From Spirogloea muscicola (Eukaryota), in NCBI GenBank assembly GCA_009602725.1, contig WELB01000028.1, positions 585,972 to 649,971 on the forward strand: 64,000 nucleotides of DNA, written 5' to 3'. Made by a program: the position numbers and the translations under genes. The notes beneath the pieces are model-generated. The model saw nothing but the letters and a program-made list of their open reading frames with translations. It had not been told where the DNA came from and did no database searches. Below are positions 12,986 to 25,495 of this stretch, one piece after another. Within the stretch, counting starts at the first letter, position 1, and each line of letters starts with the position of its first letter.

Positions 12986-15900
12986 ATGTCGTGCGCGCGC
13001 CTCGCGCCGCGCACCTCGCCGCTGGCCGCGCTCCTNGGCGCGGCGGCCGCCCGGCGCTGCCGCTGCGGACGCAGCAGGCCTCCGCGGCGCGCTCCACGAC
13101 GGCCTTCGTCCAGATCCTGGGCACCGGCATGGACACGGGCGACACCGCGCCCTGCGTCCTCCTCTTCTTCGACCAGCGCCGCTTCGTCTTCAACGCCGGC
13201 GAGGTGCCCAGAGACGGCCGCTGGCGCCCTCCTCCTCGCTGCCGGCGCGGCAGCACGCAGCCACCTATGGCGGCTCTGCGCCTGCAGCGCCAAGTCCCGT
13301 GGCCGCGGCAGCGGCTATCGCGCTCCTAGTGGGGAGAAAGCTGGCAGAGTGTGTCATAGACTATGCTGCCTCCGGTCGGAGTGGTCATTCAGCTCAGAGC
13401 CCTTTGCTTCTCTTACTATCTCTCTCTGTCTCTCGTCTTCCCTCTGCCGCCCTCCTCTCGGGCTCGCCTTGTCACAGGGCTTGCAGAGGTTCTGCACTGA
13501 GCACAAGGTGCGCCTATCCCGGGTGAGCCCCCGAACAGCCTCAGACAGCGCTGCGCTGCCTGCCTTTGCTGGCGGCTCGTCGCCGTTCCTGCCTCGACGA
13601 TGGGCATTAGCGATCACTGCACGTCTAGCTTCTAGCTCCATGGGGTCTGACCTCCGTTTCTGCGGCCCCTGGCAGATCGACCACGTATTCCTGACCCGCG
13701 TCTGTAGCGAGACGGCGGGCGGCCTCCCAGGTGACCCCTGGCTCTGGCTCCTGATCGGCGTACCTACATTGCTCCTACATGCATGCAAAGTGCCGTGGCT
13801 CCATGCGTCGCAGGCTGCATGTGTCATTTCTCCACCAATAAACCCCTGCACCATCAGTCTCAGTATTGTGACACCCTTTGACACAGTCTCGCCGAGCCTT
13901 GACCTGCGCTGCTGGAGGTCATGGCCATCCGAGTCAAGGCTCGGGTTGGCAGGGCGCGGATGCTCCGGATATTGAGCTGTGGATGACTGGCTTGCTCGTC
14001 TGTGCCCTTTCTGAGGCAGGGCTGCTGCTGACGCTGGCAAACATCGACGACGTTGGCCGGGGGGTGCGTGCAGCGTGCTCCTACCAACCAGGTTGCGAAT
14101 TCCGCTCGTCATGGTGGCTGGCGAGGCTGCCCTCGTGCGGGCCTAGTCGCTCTACGCTCGAACGACTGCCCTCACACGAGAGCCATGCCGCCTCTGCGTG
14201 TGTGAGCAGGTGAAGCTGTGGGGCCCGTCGAACCTAAGCTACCTCCTCGACGCCATGCGCACGTTCGTCCCGGGCGCCGCCATGGTCCACACCCAAACAT
14301 TCGGCGAGGCGAAAGCCCCGCCGGGACCCTTGGCAGGTGAAAGGGACGGTCGCAGCAACGGCAGGGCAACGCTGCTGCCACCGGATGTCGTAGACTCCCC
14401 CGAGGAGCTCCTCCATGAGGACGAGAACGTTCAGATCTCGGCCGTCGTCCTGCGGCCGCGGCTGCTGGCCGATGTCAGACTGCCCACTGGCAAGCTGACG
14501 CTAACTACTGAGCGAGCTCCCACTACGCCGCCACCAGACTCCGGCAGAACCACGCAGCAGGTCGCGGACCTTGGCTTTGGCGCCGCAGAGCCCTGGCTGC
14601 TGGGCTTTCCCTTGGAGCCAGACGCTGCGCCTGCTGCCAGTGCCAACTCTGACGGCAGCGAATGTAACCAGAAGCCCAGTGCCAAGCGAGCCAGAGCGGC
14701 CTCGCAGGTGTGGACGACTGAACAGCACGCCGCCGCCAGAGGGGTACCTTCGGTTGTGTACATCTGCCGGATGCCGGAGCTCAAGGGCAAGTTCGACCCT
14801 GACAAGGCGCGGGCGCTTGGCCTGCGCCCCAGCGCCAAGTACGCGCAGCTCCAGCGGGGTGCCAGCGTGGTGTCGGATGACGGCACGAGGACGGTGAGCT
14901 TTGCTACTTGGCCATGATTGTGTGATCTGCAAGAGATCATGTGACGGCTTCCGACATCTCAGCTTGGTTCGATCTTCATGTAGGAAACCTTCCGTGACAC
15001 CTGCACAGATACATCCCGGTGACGTCATGGGCCCGTCCGAGTTGGGAGCGGTGCTGCTGCTGGTGGACTGCCCCACGGCAGGCCACGTTCCGGCGCTGGT
15101 CGCCTCCTCCGCCCTCGAGCAGCTCCGCGCTGCTAAGGACGAGGTTGTGTCTGGTGCCAACCATGCAGAGGCGCAAGGCATTGGCTCAGCTGCATTTGAC
15201 AACAGGCAGCGGGCCACGTGCGTAGTGCACCTTGGCCCGCAGCCGGTGCTGGACACTATGGCGTACCGGCAGTGGATGGCTTCCTTGGGCCCGCAGGCCA
15301 GCCACATACTTGCCGGGCATGGCCGGTGAGCTGCTGCTGTCTGCCTCCTTGCAGGTAGAGCATTGAAGAGGGGGCGTGTACGTAGTGGGTCATGGTCCGC
15401 TCTATCCTGCTGCTGGTCCAGGGGTGCTGCTATCAAGGTCAACAGTGGCCTGCTGTACTGACGAGCCTGTCTGCTGGAAGACAGGCAAGGACACGTGCAG
15501 CCGATCTTGGCGTCCAGCGCCAAGATAACAGCGCGCCTCAACCTCATCTGCCCTGGCGCGTTCCCTATCTTCAGAAGTGCTACATCAAGCAGCCTACTAG
15601 CCTCGCCACCTGGTCTCAGAGACATTCGTAGAAACCAGGTGTGACCAAGAATGCAAGGACCTAGCTTTGGCTACCTGTGCTTGCTTCAATGTTGCAACTC
15701 TGTGTGCTCGCTTTGAGCTTGGCTGAAACATGTCACCTGCCATGTCGCTCTATACAGTTGCAGGAGCTGGAAGGCATTGGCCCCGTCCAGCATGCCCAGA
15801 ATCTCATGAAGGTGATGCACGTTGCTAAGCAACGTCACTCAGACATAATGCCAGCTCACACCGTCTGCATGCATTGTGGTGGCCCCCTCTGATCGTTCCG

Positions 15901-18048
15901 CTGCCCTGGCTTGTATGCAGTTCCGCTTCTCCCCCAAAGCCCACATAGGCCTAGATCTAGCCGCGGTCCCTGAACAGGTAGACTTGCAGGAGGTCTGCCA
16001 GCAGCTTATCAGGGACAACCCGGACGTCGTGGCTGCAGCAGAAAGGGTGGCCCGGCTCTGGCAGGACAATGAGCAAGAAAGACAGACAGACACCCCTGCG
16101 CGGAGCCTGGCAGAGCCCATCCGGGAGAGCCAACGTCAGGTCAGCGGGAACGTGAGTGGCATGACCCGGAGCGACCATGAGAGACAACAGGTCTTTGTGG
16201 AGGAGCCCTGGCTGATGGAGAGTCAGAGGGATGCTGCGGCCATCCATGGGACTTGTGATGATGCTGCATCCTCCAATGCTTCATCCAGAGATAATGCAGG
16301 AATGGCAGCTACAGCAGGAGCAGATAGGACGTCGGGTGCTGCCGTACCAGATTGTCTCAAGGATGTAGGCAGGGAGGAGATGGAGCTGGTCTTTCTGGGG
16401 ACGGGGTCTTCGCAGCCTTCCAAGTACCGCAATGTATCCTCAATTTACGTAAACCTATTCCACAAGGGCGGGCTCCTTCTAGACTGTGGAGAAGGGACCT
16501 ATGCGCAGCTGAAGCGCAGGTGCTAATCTTTTCTCTGTTGCTTGAAATCTCCGGCCCTGGATGTGCTCTGCAGGGTTGCTTGTCTGTCATCAATCGTAGA
16601 GCTGGCTGTGCATCAGTCAGTAACCATTGCTTCCAACATTGAAAGCACGCAAATTCCATTTGTTCGGAGATGCGATGTGTGCTAAGACTGCTATCTTTTG
16701 ACCTTCCCAGGCACGGACCCGAAAATGCGGATGCATTAGTGGCCGGTTTGAAGCTTGTGTGGATTTCTCATATCCACGCGGATCACCACGCAGGGCTTGC
16801 CAGGATCCTGACTGCGAGGTGTCAGCTGCTGGGAGGCCCCAGGCAAGCAAAACCTATCGTGGTGGTTGGGCCAAAGCCATTGAGGCGGTTCCTGGATGCA
16901 TATGAGAAGGTGGAGGATTTGTGCATGACATTTGTAGACTGCAGCCAGACTACATATGAGGCTGATAAACTGGTATTGGCCAGACCACATATCACGTTGC
17001 CTAAGCTTCCATGCGGCAGCATGCTTGTCAGACACTTTGCGCTCTAGATTTCTTAGTGTCTTGCTCGGCTCTGCCAAAGTGGGTGCTAATAGGCCTCTGC
17101 CTTGCCAGATATTGTGTATTCGAGACCAGAATGTCTAATTGGTGTCTGAGGAAACCTTGCAGGAGATTCAGAACAGAGAGGGGGACAACGGAAAGAGAGA
17201 AAGTGATGAGGCTAAGCCAAGCGCGCCCTTTAGAAGGGGCGGCTTAATACAGATGACAGACAGGGGTGGCAAGCGAGGCACTGCGATGCAGAACTACTGG
17301 TTGCAGCCGGGCTTCAACCTGCAGGACCGCCTGGACATGCAGGGAAGGAAGGGGGTGGCAGCAGCGCTTTCCGAGTTGGGGCTCGCCAGGCTCGTGAGCA
17401 TACCCGTTGTGCATTGCGCGCATGCGTATGGTGTTCTGCTGGAGGCTGCGCCTATTGAGAGGCGGCATCGTGGAGATCTTGGACATCCATGTAGCCCACA
17501 TGTGCCAACGGAGTGTTTGGGGTGGAAGGTCGTGTACTCCGGCGACACACGGCCATGTGAGGCCCTGGTGGAGGCCAGCCGCGATGCAACTGTGCTCATT
17601 CACGAGGTGAGATGCAGTTGCCGGAGGCTAGTATTGCTTCCATGTAGAAGCTAAACCGTTTGCTTGGGCTATCTGCAGTTTGATCGTTGCTGACCAAGCG
17701 TCTTCTCTACATGCTTCGCAGGCCACCTTTGATGATGGCCTTGAGGAGGAGGCACTGGCAAAGCGGCACAGCCTGACTAGAGAGGCTGTGGAAACTGGTG
17801 TCAGGTCGGGTGCATTCCGCACGATCCTCACGCACTTCAGCCAGCGGTATCCGAAGGTGCCTGTGTTTGATGACAGCTGGACAGCTCGAACGTGCGTCGC
17901 CTTTGACCTCATGAGTGCGAACCTTGCCGACCTGGACAGGCTGCCCCAAATTCTGCCAGCTCTGAAGCTGCTCTTTAAGGACGAGATGGCCGCAGAGGAT
18001 GGGGAGGATGCCTATATGGCTCCTGCTGAGGCGACTACACTCACATAG
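12986..18048 (+). CDS. tRNase Z, long form (ELAC2/TRZ3-TRZ4-like), multi-exon
   Basis: [83 protein letters not shown] (flexible arm); [35 protein letters not shown] (HxHxDH); [25 protein letters not shown]. Confidence 0.95.
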
Positions 18049-18919
18049 CCACAGTTTAGTACACTCAGTTGGCGAAAGATTTTGCACCACATGGGTACTT
18101 GCCATGGTATGTTGTGCACGCACTAATCAGTCTTATTTTAGGGGAGGGGGAGGGGGGAAGGGAGAGGGGGCAAAGGTGGTGCTTCCATCATCAAGTCGTT
18201 TGGAAGCATGTGCTTGATGCAGGCCGTGCGAAGCTGGCTCGAACGACTTAAAGGCTGGTGGCGGTTGGGGCGCTCACAGACTGCCTGCAAAAGTGGCCGC
18301 GAAAGCTTGATAGCCAGTGTGTATGTTGCGGCTGTGCGGCCGACGGATACCTACCCATCCCGCAGCCGCCCGAGGGGGAGGGTTGAGCACAGGTAGCGGA
18401 GAGGCTGGTGGGAAGTATGGGAGAAGCGCCTGCTGTTGGAGCCCGAGGCCAAATAGGAGGCTGAAAAATCAGTAGAGAGGATTGCGTGGGGGCTGAGTAT
18501 TCAAGTGGCTTGGGCGTCAACACGCGAGGCTTGGGGGCTCCAGAGAGATGGCCAGCCACTGTATGAGGAGGGAACAGCGAGTACTTGACTGACGGAGGGC
18601 CTGAGCGGCCAAGAAACAATGAAGCAGGCAAATCCACAATAGCAGGCTGTGAGTATGAGCTCTCCAGATGGAGGTGATGGCTGGCCAGCCCTCAAGGCGA
18701 CTGGACAAGCAAGGAGGAAGCCCAAAGCGTGAGCACAAGCGCTTCTGGCTTTTGACGTGGTGCCACACATCCGGCTGCTAGCTACTCTAACTGGCGCTCT
18801 TGCAACTGTTGCGGCTCTTGACTAGGGTATGTTGAGCGCCCATCCGAAGTAGCCACTTGCGTAGCTGCGCGATCTGCACGTTCCGGCCTTCTCCCGGACA
18901 GTCCACCTCGGACACTTGT

Positions 18920-19743
18920 TTTCTTGTCCATTCCTTTGGGCTGGCCTCTGCCAGCCACCAGTTGATCTGGCCGCGCTTGCTCCATTTCCTGTTGTTGGGG
19001 CTGTCCTTTCACAGCCAGTACGACAACAAAGCAAGCTCGTCCCAGTATTAGGCGGGTGGGCCCCCCCTGTGGAAGAAGCTTGGGATTTTTGCACCGCAGG
19101 GGGCGAGCAGCACGGGCGGCCACGTAGTTGCCACTAGCCCAGACCGCCCCCGCTCAGTAGGGGGGTCCCGAGGGGGTGGTGGTGAGGTCAGCGTACTGGT
19201 ACAGTTGGCGAGGGCCAGAGCCGCCAAGTAGCACCACCGTGGCGATGACAAAGGGGGGAAAATCGGAAGTGCTCAAACAGTTTGGCAGGGCGGGCCGTGC
19301 AGATTTGATCCCCTCCCCTCCTGGTCGGAGAGTCCGGGGGGACGGCCGGGCCGGCTCCTCGCCGGGGCGCGGCTCGGGGGGCCGGCCCCGCCGGTGCGGC
19401 GGGCGGCCTGGGCCAGCAGAGGACGGGCGCGGCGGGACCCCCCCGTACGGCCCCCGCGCCGCCGGTGGATCCGATCCACCCAGTCCACTGTTGCGCGCCA
19501 AGTCGCGGCGTTCGCGCGTTGGCCCTCGCGGCCGCTCATGCGCCGTCCGATTCGTGTCGCATCCCCTGGGCCCGCGTGCCGCAACGTGGCACCCGGGGCC
19601 GAAAAAGCGAGCCTGAACTTTCCGCCCCACGCCTTCCGGCCCACCCTCCGTCCTCCCGGACCCTCCAGCTTCTCCCCAGTCCGGGAGGCGCCCCGGGGGT
19701 CCTCGCCGCGGCCGCGGCCGCGGCCGCCGCCGCCGCCGCCGCC
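18920..19743. mobile_element. CRE 3'UTR plus garbled CRE-like sequence running into an assembly gap
   Basis: 18925-18980 is the ttgtccattcctttgggctggc…gcgcttgct 3' end. Near 19265, gaagtgctcaaa matches the pre-RT region at about 44195. The sequence looks low quality near the Ns. Confidence 0.5.
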
Positions 19744-20298
19744 NNNNNNNNNNNNNNNNNNNNNNNNNNNNNNNNNNNNNNNNNNNNNNNNNNNNNNNNN
19801 NNNNNNNNNNNNNNNNNNNNNNNNNNNNNNNNNNNNNNNNNNNNNNNNNNNNNNNNNNNNNNNNNNNNNNNNNNNNNNNNNNNNNNNNNNNNNNNNNNNN
19901 NNNNNNNNNNNNNNNNNNNNNNNNNNNNNNNNNNNNNNNNNNNNNNNNNNNNNNNNNNNNNNNNNNNNNNNNNNNNNNNNNNNNNNNNNNNNNNNNNNNN
20001 NNNNNNNNNNNNNNNNNNNNNNNNNNNNNNNNNNNNNNNNNNNNNNNNNNNNNNNNNNNNNNNNNNNNNNNNNNNNNNNNNNNNNNNNNNNNNNNNNNNN
20101 NNNNNNNNNNNNNNNNNNNNNNNNNNNNNNNNNNNNNNNNNNNNNNNNNNNNNNNNNNNNNNNNNNNNNNNNNNNNNNNNNNNNNNNNNNNNNNNNNNNN
20201 NNNNNNNNNNNNNNNNNNNNNNNNNNNNNNNNNNNNNNNNNNNNNNNNNNNNNNNNNNNNNNNNNNNNNNNNNNNNNNNNNNNNNNNNNNNNNNNNNN
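19744..20298. other. Assembly gap (N run) followed by poly-G
   Basis: Run of N, followed by a long G run. Confidence 0.99.
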
Positions 20299-20305
20299 GG
20301 GTTGT

Positions 20306-20354
<49 letters not shown>

Positions 20355-21561
20355 TTAGGCCCTCGCTTGTTCGTGTGGCCTTTGGAACTGACACTTTTTA
20401 CTGGTGGCTTGCTCAGGCACCTGCAACAGCAGATGCCATCAGCAGACGAGCTGGCCGTCAGGCGTGAACTGCTGAGTCCAGGCCTGCCTGCTCTTCCGCT
20501 CTCCACGTCAGCTCCATGTGGCCCACCCAACAGCTTGCCGCTTGCACAGCTGCAGCATCCAGGAGGTGAGCAGTGGCTTGTTGCGAGGCGGTTACTCTAC
20601 CATGTTCGGACAATTGCAGCATGCCTCTTATCTGAGATGAACGAGATGAATGAGCAAAGCACGTATATCTGGTGGCTTCCAGAGGATGGTGACCTTGACA
20701 ATCTTGTCAGGCATACAGGGAGCTTCTGGATGTCCTAAGCAAGAGGAAAATTTTATGTAACAGGAGCCCAAAGACTTGCTCGGTGGGCAAGCGCGGCACA
20801 CTGCTAACCGTCCTGGACGGCACCTCCCTTGGTTGTTATTGCAGATTGTCCATCCTCTCTTGTTAATTCAGCCCACGGCATCACCACACAGCTACGGCAA
20901 GTTCCAGTCAGCCCATCCTCAGATACAAGCCCTGTTTTGGCGCCACTCGTGCAAGTGTGTTTGCAGGGTTTGCTTGTTGATTTGCACTGAAGTGGCCTGT
21001 CTGTAGCACTTGCAACGTCCTTCTTATCCTTCAATTAATTCACATGCAATGTATCTTGCACCTCTGCAGAGCTACCCCGCTCTCCAATGCTGCTGCCATT
21101 GCCCGTCAGCAGAGGGCCTCACGAGACAACCTGAAGCGCAGCAAGCGAAGGCGCCTTATAAAAGAATGTGAGGGTTCTTAGGCAGTCACTGATGAGCTCC
21201 CTGCAATGCTACAAATTAGCTTGCTTAATAAACTTCTTGCTTTCTATAGAAGAATGCGAGGGTTCTTAGGCAGTCATTGAACAGCCCCTTGAAATGCTTT
21301 AAGTCAGCTTGCTTTCTAAGCACATCAATATACACAAGCAGGGGTTTGAGCAACCTGTCCATTCGCCTCATGTTGCAGACTCGCTTATCCACCTTATATT
21401 TTCCAGCTATCCTATAGCCGCTTGGTTACTGTGTATTGACTTGCCTGACTTTGCTTGACTGGAATGATTGACAGCATTGAACAGTTTGTGTGTGTTGACT
21501 TGCAGCATTGAAAAGTTTCTGTGTTGACTTGCCTGACTTGCTTGACTTTAATAATTGACAG

Positions 21562-22631
21562 CATCAAGAAGTGGCGCCATGTCAAGTCCCACTGACAGCA
21601 CCCTCAACACAAGTCAAGTAGATGCAGTGGTGCCAGCTGTGAAGGTTGAGGATAGCTCAGAAGTTGGATCACCAGGTGCTTCAGTGGCCAAGATTCCAGC
21701 AGTTGCCAAGGTGAAGGAGGAGCGGAAGAAAAAGCGGTGCGTTTGCAACCTTCATGGCAATCTTACACATGTATTGAGTCACTGTGAGGCCTTTGCTGGC
21801 TTCAATCTGGTCAAGCTTTAGCAATTCACGCACTAAAGCGTTTGCTTCGGCTTTTCCTGATAGTGGTGAAGTCTGTGGCCCACTCGCTAAGCTACTCCCA
21901 GAATACATTCAAGTGGAGCGTCCCTTAGAAGAGAGTCAACTTGAGCTTCTCCACTTGCTGCCGACAGGTTGCTGCGGAATCGTGTGAGTGCTCAGCTTGC
22001 TCGCGAACGGAAGCGATCGCGTGAACAGGCACGAATCATCCATTCGCTTTGAATATTATCAATAGGTGCATTGCTTCCCTGCAGGCATATATCTGTTCAT
22101 ATGATTGCGAGCATGCATCTGGTGTCAGATGTGGCTACGGTGATGATGGCTGGTGGGTCGAACTTATCTACCATCTCATGGTGGATCAATTTCCTGTCCC
22201 TGCAGGCAATGGAAGAACAATGCAGAAGAATCGAGATTGCAAATGAGATACTAGAGAAGCAGATCTACGACCTCACGAAGGTATTGTGCCACACAAGCTT
22301 TGATCTCGACTTTGTATTGCCTCGCCTGCTGATAGATCTGCAGCAGGTCATGATATGTTGGTGTCTGAAGGCGCCATGAGTGAAGGTTAGCAGGTAGTCC
22401 GGCGAGAAACGCATCATTGTTGTTGTAAGAAGCAGTGGCTTGCAGCTCATACTCAATCTCTGCTTGCAGGAAAATGAGAGCCTACGGCTTCTAGTCAAGG
22501 CGAATATGCGGGGAACAGCGTTACCCAGCTATCCTGTTGAGCCCTCATCCTCAAGTTACTCGCCCTGTTCATCCATTTCATGGGCCTTCGGGGCACTTTA
22601 CCCAACTGATAGTCAGCAGCCAACGGATTGA
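21562..22631 (+). CDS. HY5/HYH-like bZIP transcription factor (3' exons; upstream exons probably at about 20417-20565 and 21070-21150)
   Basis: KVKEERKKKR|LLRNRVSAQLARERKRSREQ|AMEEQCRRIEIANEILEKQIYDLTK|ENESLRLLVK. The basic region LLRNRVSAQxARERK is typical of group H bZIPs. Confidence 0.8.
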
Positions 22632-23364
22632 TGGAGAGCTGGCACTTATGTGCGTCAGCACGCACGGCACTGCTCAAAGTAGCACGATCTTACTTCACCA
22701 TCACCTCATCCTAGCAACCTCTTAGTGCAGGATTGTATATGTACGCTTTTTGTCCGGCTCAATTGCTGCTCTAGCATGCAGCGAGTGGCAGGCATTGCCT
22801 TGATAACTGCAAGTGGTCGGGATGCGCCCTTGCTCAAGCCTGCCCTCATTACCCTCACTTGACTATTGGCATTCTTTGGAGTTACGGTGGTATCCTCCCT
22901 TTGTAAAAGACAATAACTTAGATTGCATATTGGACATAGGGAATAGATAAGTTTCCCTCAATTCCATGCTATTGGCATGTGCCCAAGCGACTAGGAGCGC
23001 TGAATACATTCATTGGTCCTATTGTGGGGCCTCCTACCCCATGTCCAACAACTGGCTTGACTGAGGCGCATTCTGTAGATGATGTAGAACATGTTAGCTT
23101 GCAGTAAGCACTCTCTTGACTCTGAATGCAATATGTCTGCTTGAGAGCTACTTGTTCGTAGATAAGATGGACGAATACCCTTAATTGCATGTGTGAATGT
23201 GAGGCCTGCCCTAGGCGGCTCAGTGAGGCCTTGCCTTTGAGTCTATAGAGTTGAGACTGACGTGGATGAGAGCATTGTAATAAAAGAATGAGCAAAGCAG
23301 CTTGCATCCTTGTGCTTCTGTACAATCAAGGTGGTGCCATCTCTTGCAGATCTGAGCTGCGCTA

Positions 23365-25091
23365 TCATCTCTCGTCCTCTTTTGGCTGCAGCACCTTGAG
23401 CTTGGTAAGCAGGCCATCCAGCTCTGCAGCAGTGAACACCTTATACTCCACCTCACCGCTGGACCCCTTGCTGACCTGCTCCCCCCCCCCAATAAACCCA
23501 GGGCCACCATATAAACATGGCCACCACCTCACAAAAGACTGTTAGCTGTTTAACGCTACTCACTACTGCCATTGCTGCAATACAAAAGCAGTGCACCTGC
23601 GACAGCTCCAGCTTGTTGGCCGAAAGGGTGGTGCTATCCATGGTTTTGCTCAGCACTTTGAGGGCCAGGCCGAGGGCAGCCTCCAGATCCATGTCCTCCT
23701 TGTAGTCTTGCTTCAAAATTGACTGTGCCGCCTGATTGTTGGCGCCAATTGCGGCAGCCTTCCAGCCCCCATAGTTTCCACTCGGATCACTCTGCCAAAC
23801 AGTAAAGTATAGTGAGAAAAGCCACATGCTGTCACTGAACTAGCTGTTGCCTTCTGACTGATGGAATCGACAAGTGAGCATGGGTGTACTGTGCCCGTTG
23901 CTTGAGACGTCCTGCATGAGCCATCTCCTAACAACATGTGCTTCTGACATACCTGGTAGAGCTGAAACCCAAAGTTCTGGTCCCAACCAGCAAAGAGAAA
24001 CGACACTCCAAAGGGCCGGAGGCCGCCGAACTGCGTGTACCCCTGCTTTGTGTCGCACAGCTGCTGGACAAGTTGCTCCACAGGGATGGCCTCCTGCAGG
24101 GCGTCCCAGAGGCCACCGGTGGTCAGCAAGGCTAACCTTGCATCAATTGGTGCATGGGAGAAATGTATTTGAAGGCTTGAGGGTGTGCAACGGCCTGTTG
24201 GAGAGCCCATATCGATACTGCTCCTTCAAATTGGACACTCCTTCACCTGGTACGCAAAGGCGTAGCGTTGCGCAATGAGCCGGGCCGTGTTGACGAGGAT
24301 GTTGGCGTCAGCAGTGATGCCGGCCACAGCGGATGCCACGTGGTCGTCGATCTTGTACATCTTCTCCGTTGTCTTGGACGTCTCTGCGCAGGAGCCATGC
24401 CCAGCCCCATGCTGCTCAGCGCACCCGCTACCAAGCACAGCCGCTGGGCTGATGTCGGCAACGAGCCGCCCGAGTGGGGGCGCAGCAAGTCGAATGGCCG
24501 GCGAGAGCGGGCCCCCCGAGCCCACAAGTGTGAGCCCACAAAGGTCTTCGTCAAGCTGTCATGCCAGCGCGGCCTCCGCGGCTTGCTCGAGCAGGCGCTC
24601 AGTGAGGCGGTCGAGAGGGTTCACGGGTTTAAAGCCTAAACCCACAAACCATGAATCATCGTCGTCGGCGGCCATGGAGCAGCTGCAGCCCTGCGCAAGC
24701 GAGAAGATCGGGAGGGAGCGAGGTGGGGGGAGGGGCACGTACCCAGTAGCTTGGAGGTGATCTTCTTCTCGGCGGCCAGCACGACGCCGTCGACGGCCAT
24801 GATGCCCACCGCGGCCCCCGCGTGGCTGCGCACCCGGCCCACAAGCGGCCATCACCGTCAGCCCCGTAGCCCAAGAGACATAGTATGCCGTCTAGGAGTA
24901 GAGATCCTACTGCTTATGATCACCACCGCTGTTATTGGCCATGTACCACCATGGCGTCCTCTCCAGCCATTCCGAGCCGCCGCGGTGAGAGGATTTGCAA
25001 CGCACCTGATGGCCTCCATGGCGTATTCCACCTGGTACAGCCGGCCCTCGGGCGAGAAGATGGTCGTGCGCGAGTCGTAGCGCCGCGCCAT
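23365..25091 (-). CDS. PAC1: 20S proteasome alpha subunit C (alpha-3, PSMA4/PRE9 orthologue), multi-exon
   Basis: [71 protein letters not shown]…[22 protein letters not shown]…[30 protein letters not shown]…KEDER*. Confidence 0.97.
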
Positions 25092-25201
25092 GGCGGCCGA
25101 GCAGGGCGCCCGCGGGGCGGGACGGAGGCGAGCGAGGGAGCGGGGTTGCGGAGGGGTTTGCCAGGCCAAACCCCCCCCCCCCCCCTCAAACCTGCAAACC
25201 T

Positions 25202-25231
25202 TAACCCTAACCCTAACCCTAACCCTAACCC
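25202..25231. repeat. Interstitial telomere-type repeat (TAACCC)5 in the PAC1 upstream region
   Basis: Five perfect TAACCC units about 110 bp upstream of the PAC1 ATG. Confidence 0.9.
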
Positions 25232-25316
25232 CCGGGCCTCCGCCAGCCCTGCGCCGCCGCCGCAGCAGCCGCCGACGCCGCCGCCGCCGCCGCCGCCGGA
25301 GCTGCGCTGAGCCCTG

Positions 25317-25495
25317 NNNNNNNNNNNNNNNNNNNNNNNNNNNNNNNNNNNNNNNNNNNNNNNNNNNNNNNNNNNNNNNNNNNNNNNNNNNNNNNNNNNN
25401 NNNNNNNNNNNNNNNNNNNNNNNNNNNNNNNNNNNNNNNNNNNNNNNNNNNNNNNNNNNNNNNNNNNNNNNNNNNNNNNNNNNNNNNNNNNNNNN
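25317..25495. other. Assembly gap (N run)
   Basis: Run of N. Confidence 0.99.

Noticed and set aside
19154..20530. Long ORFs of 297-458 aa
   Set aside because: They are artefacts of reading through the N gap and poly-G.
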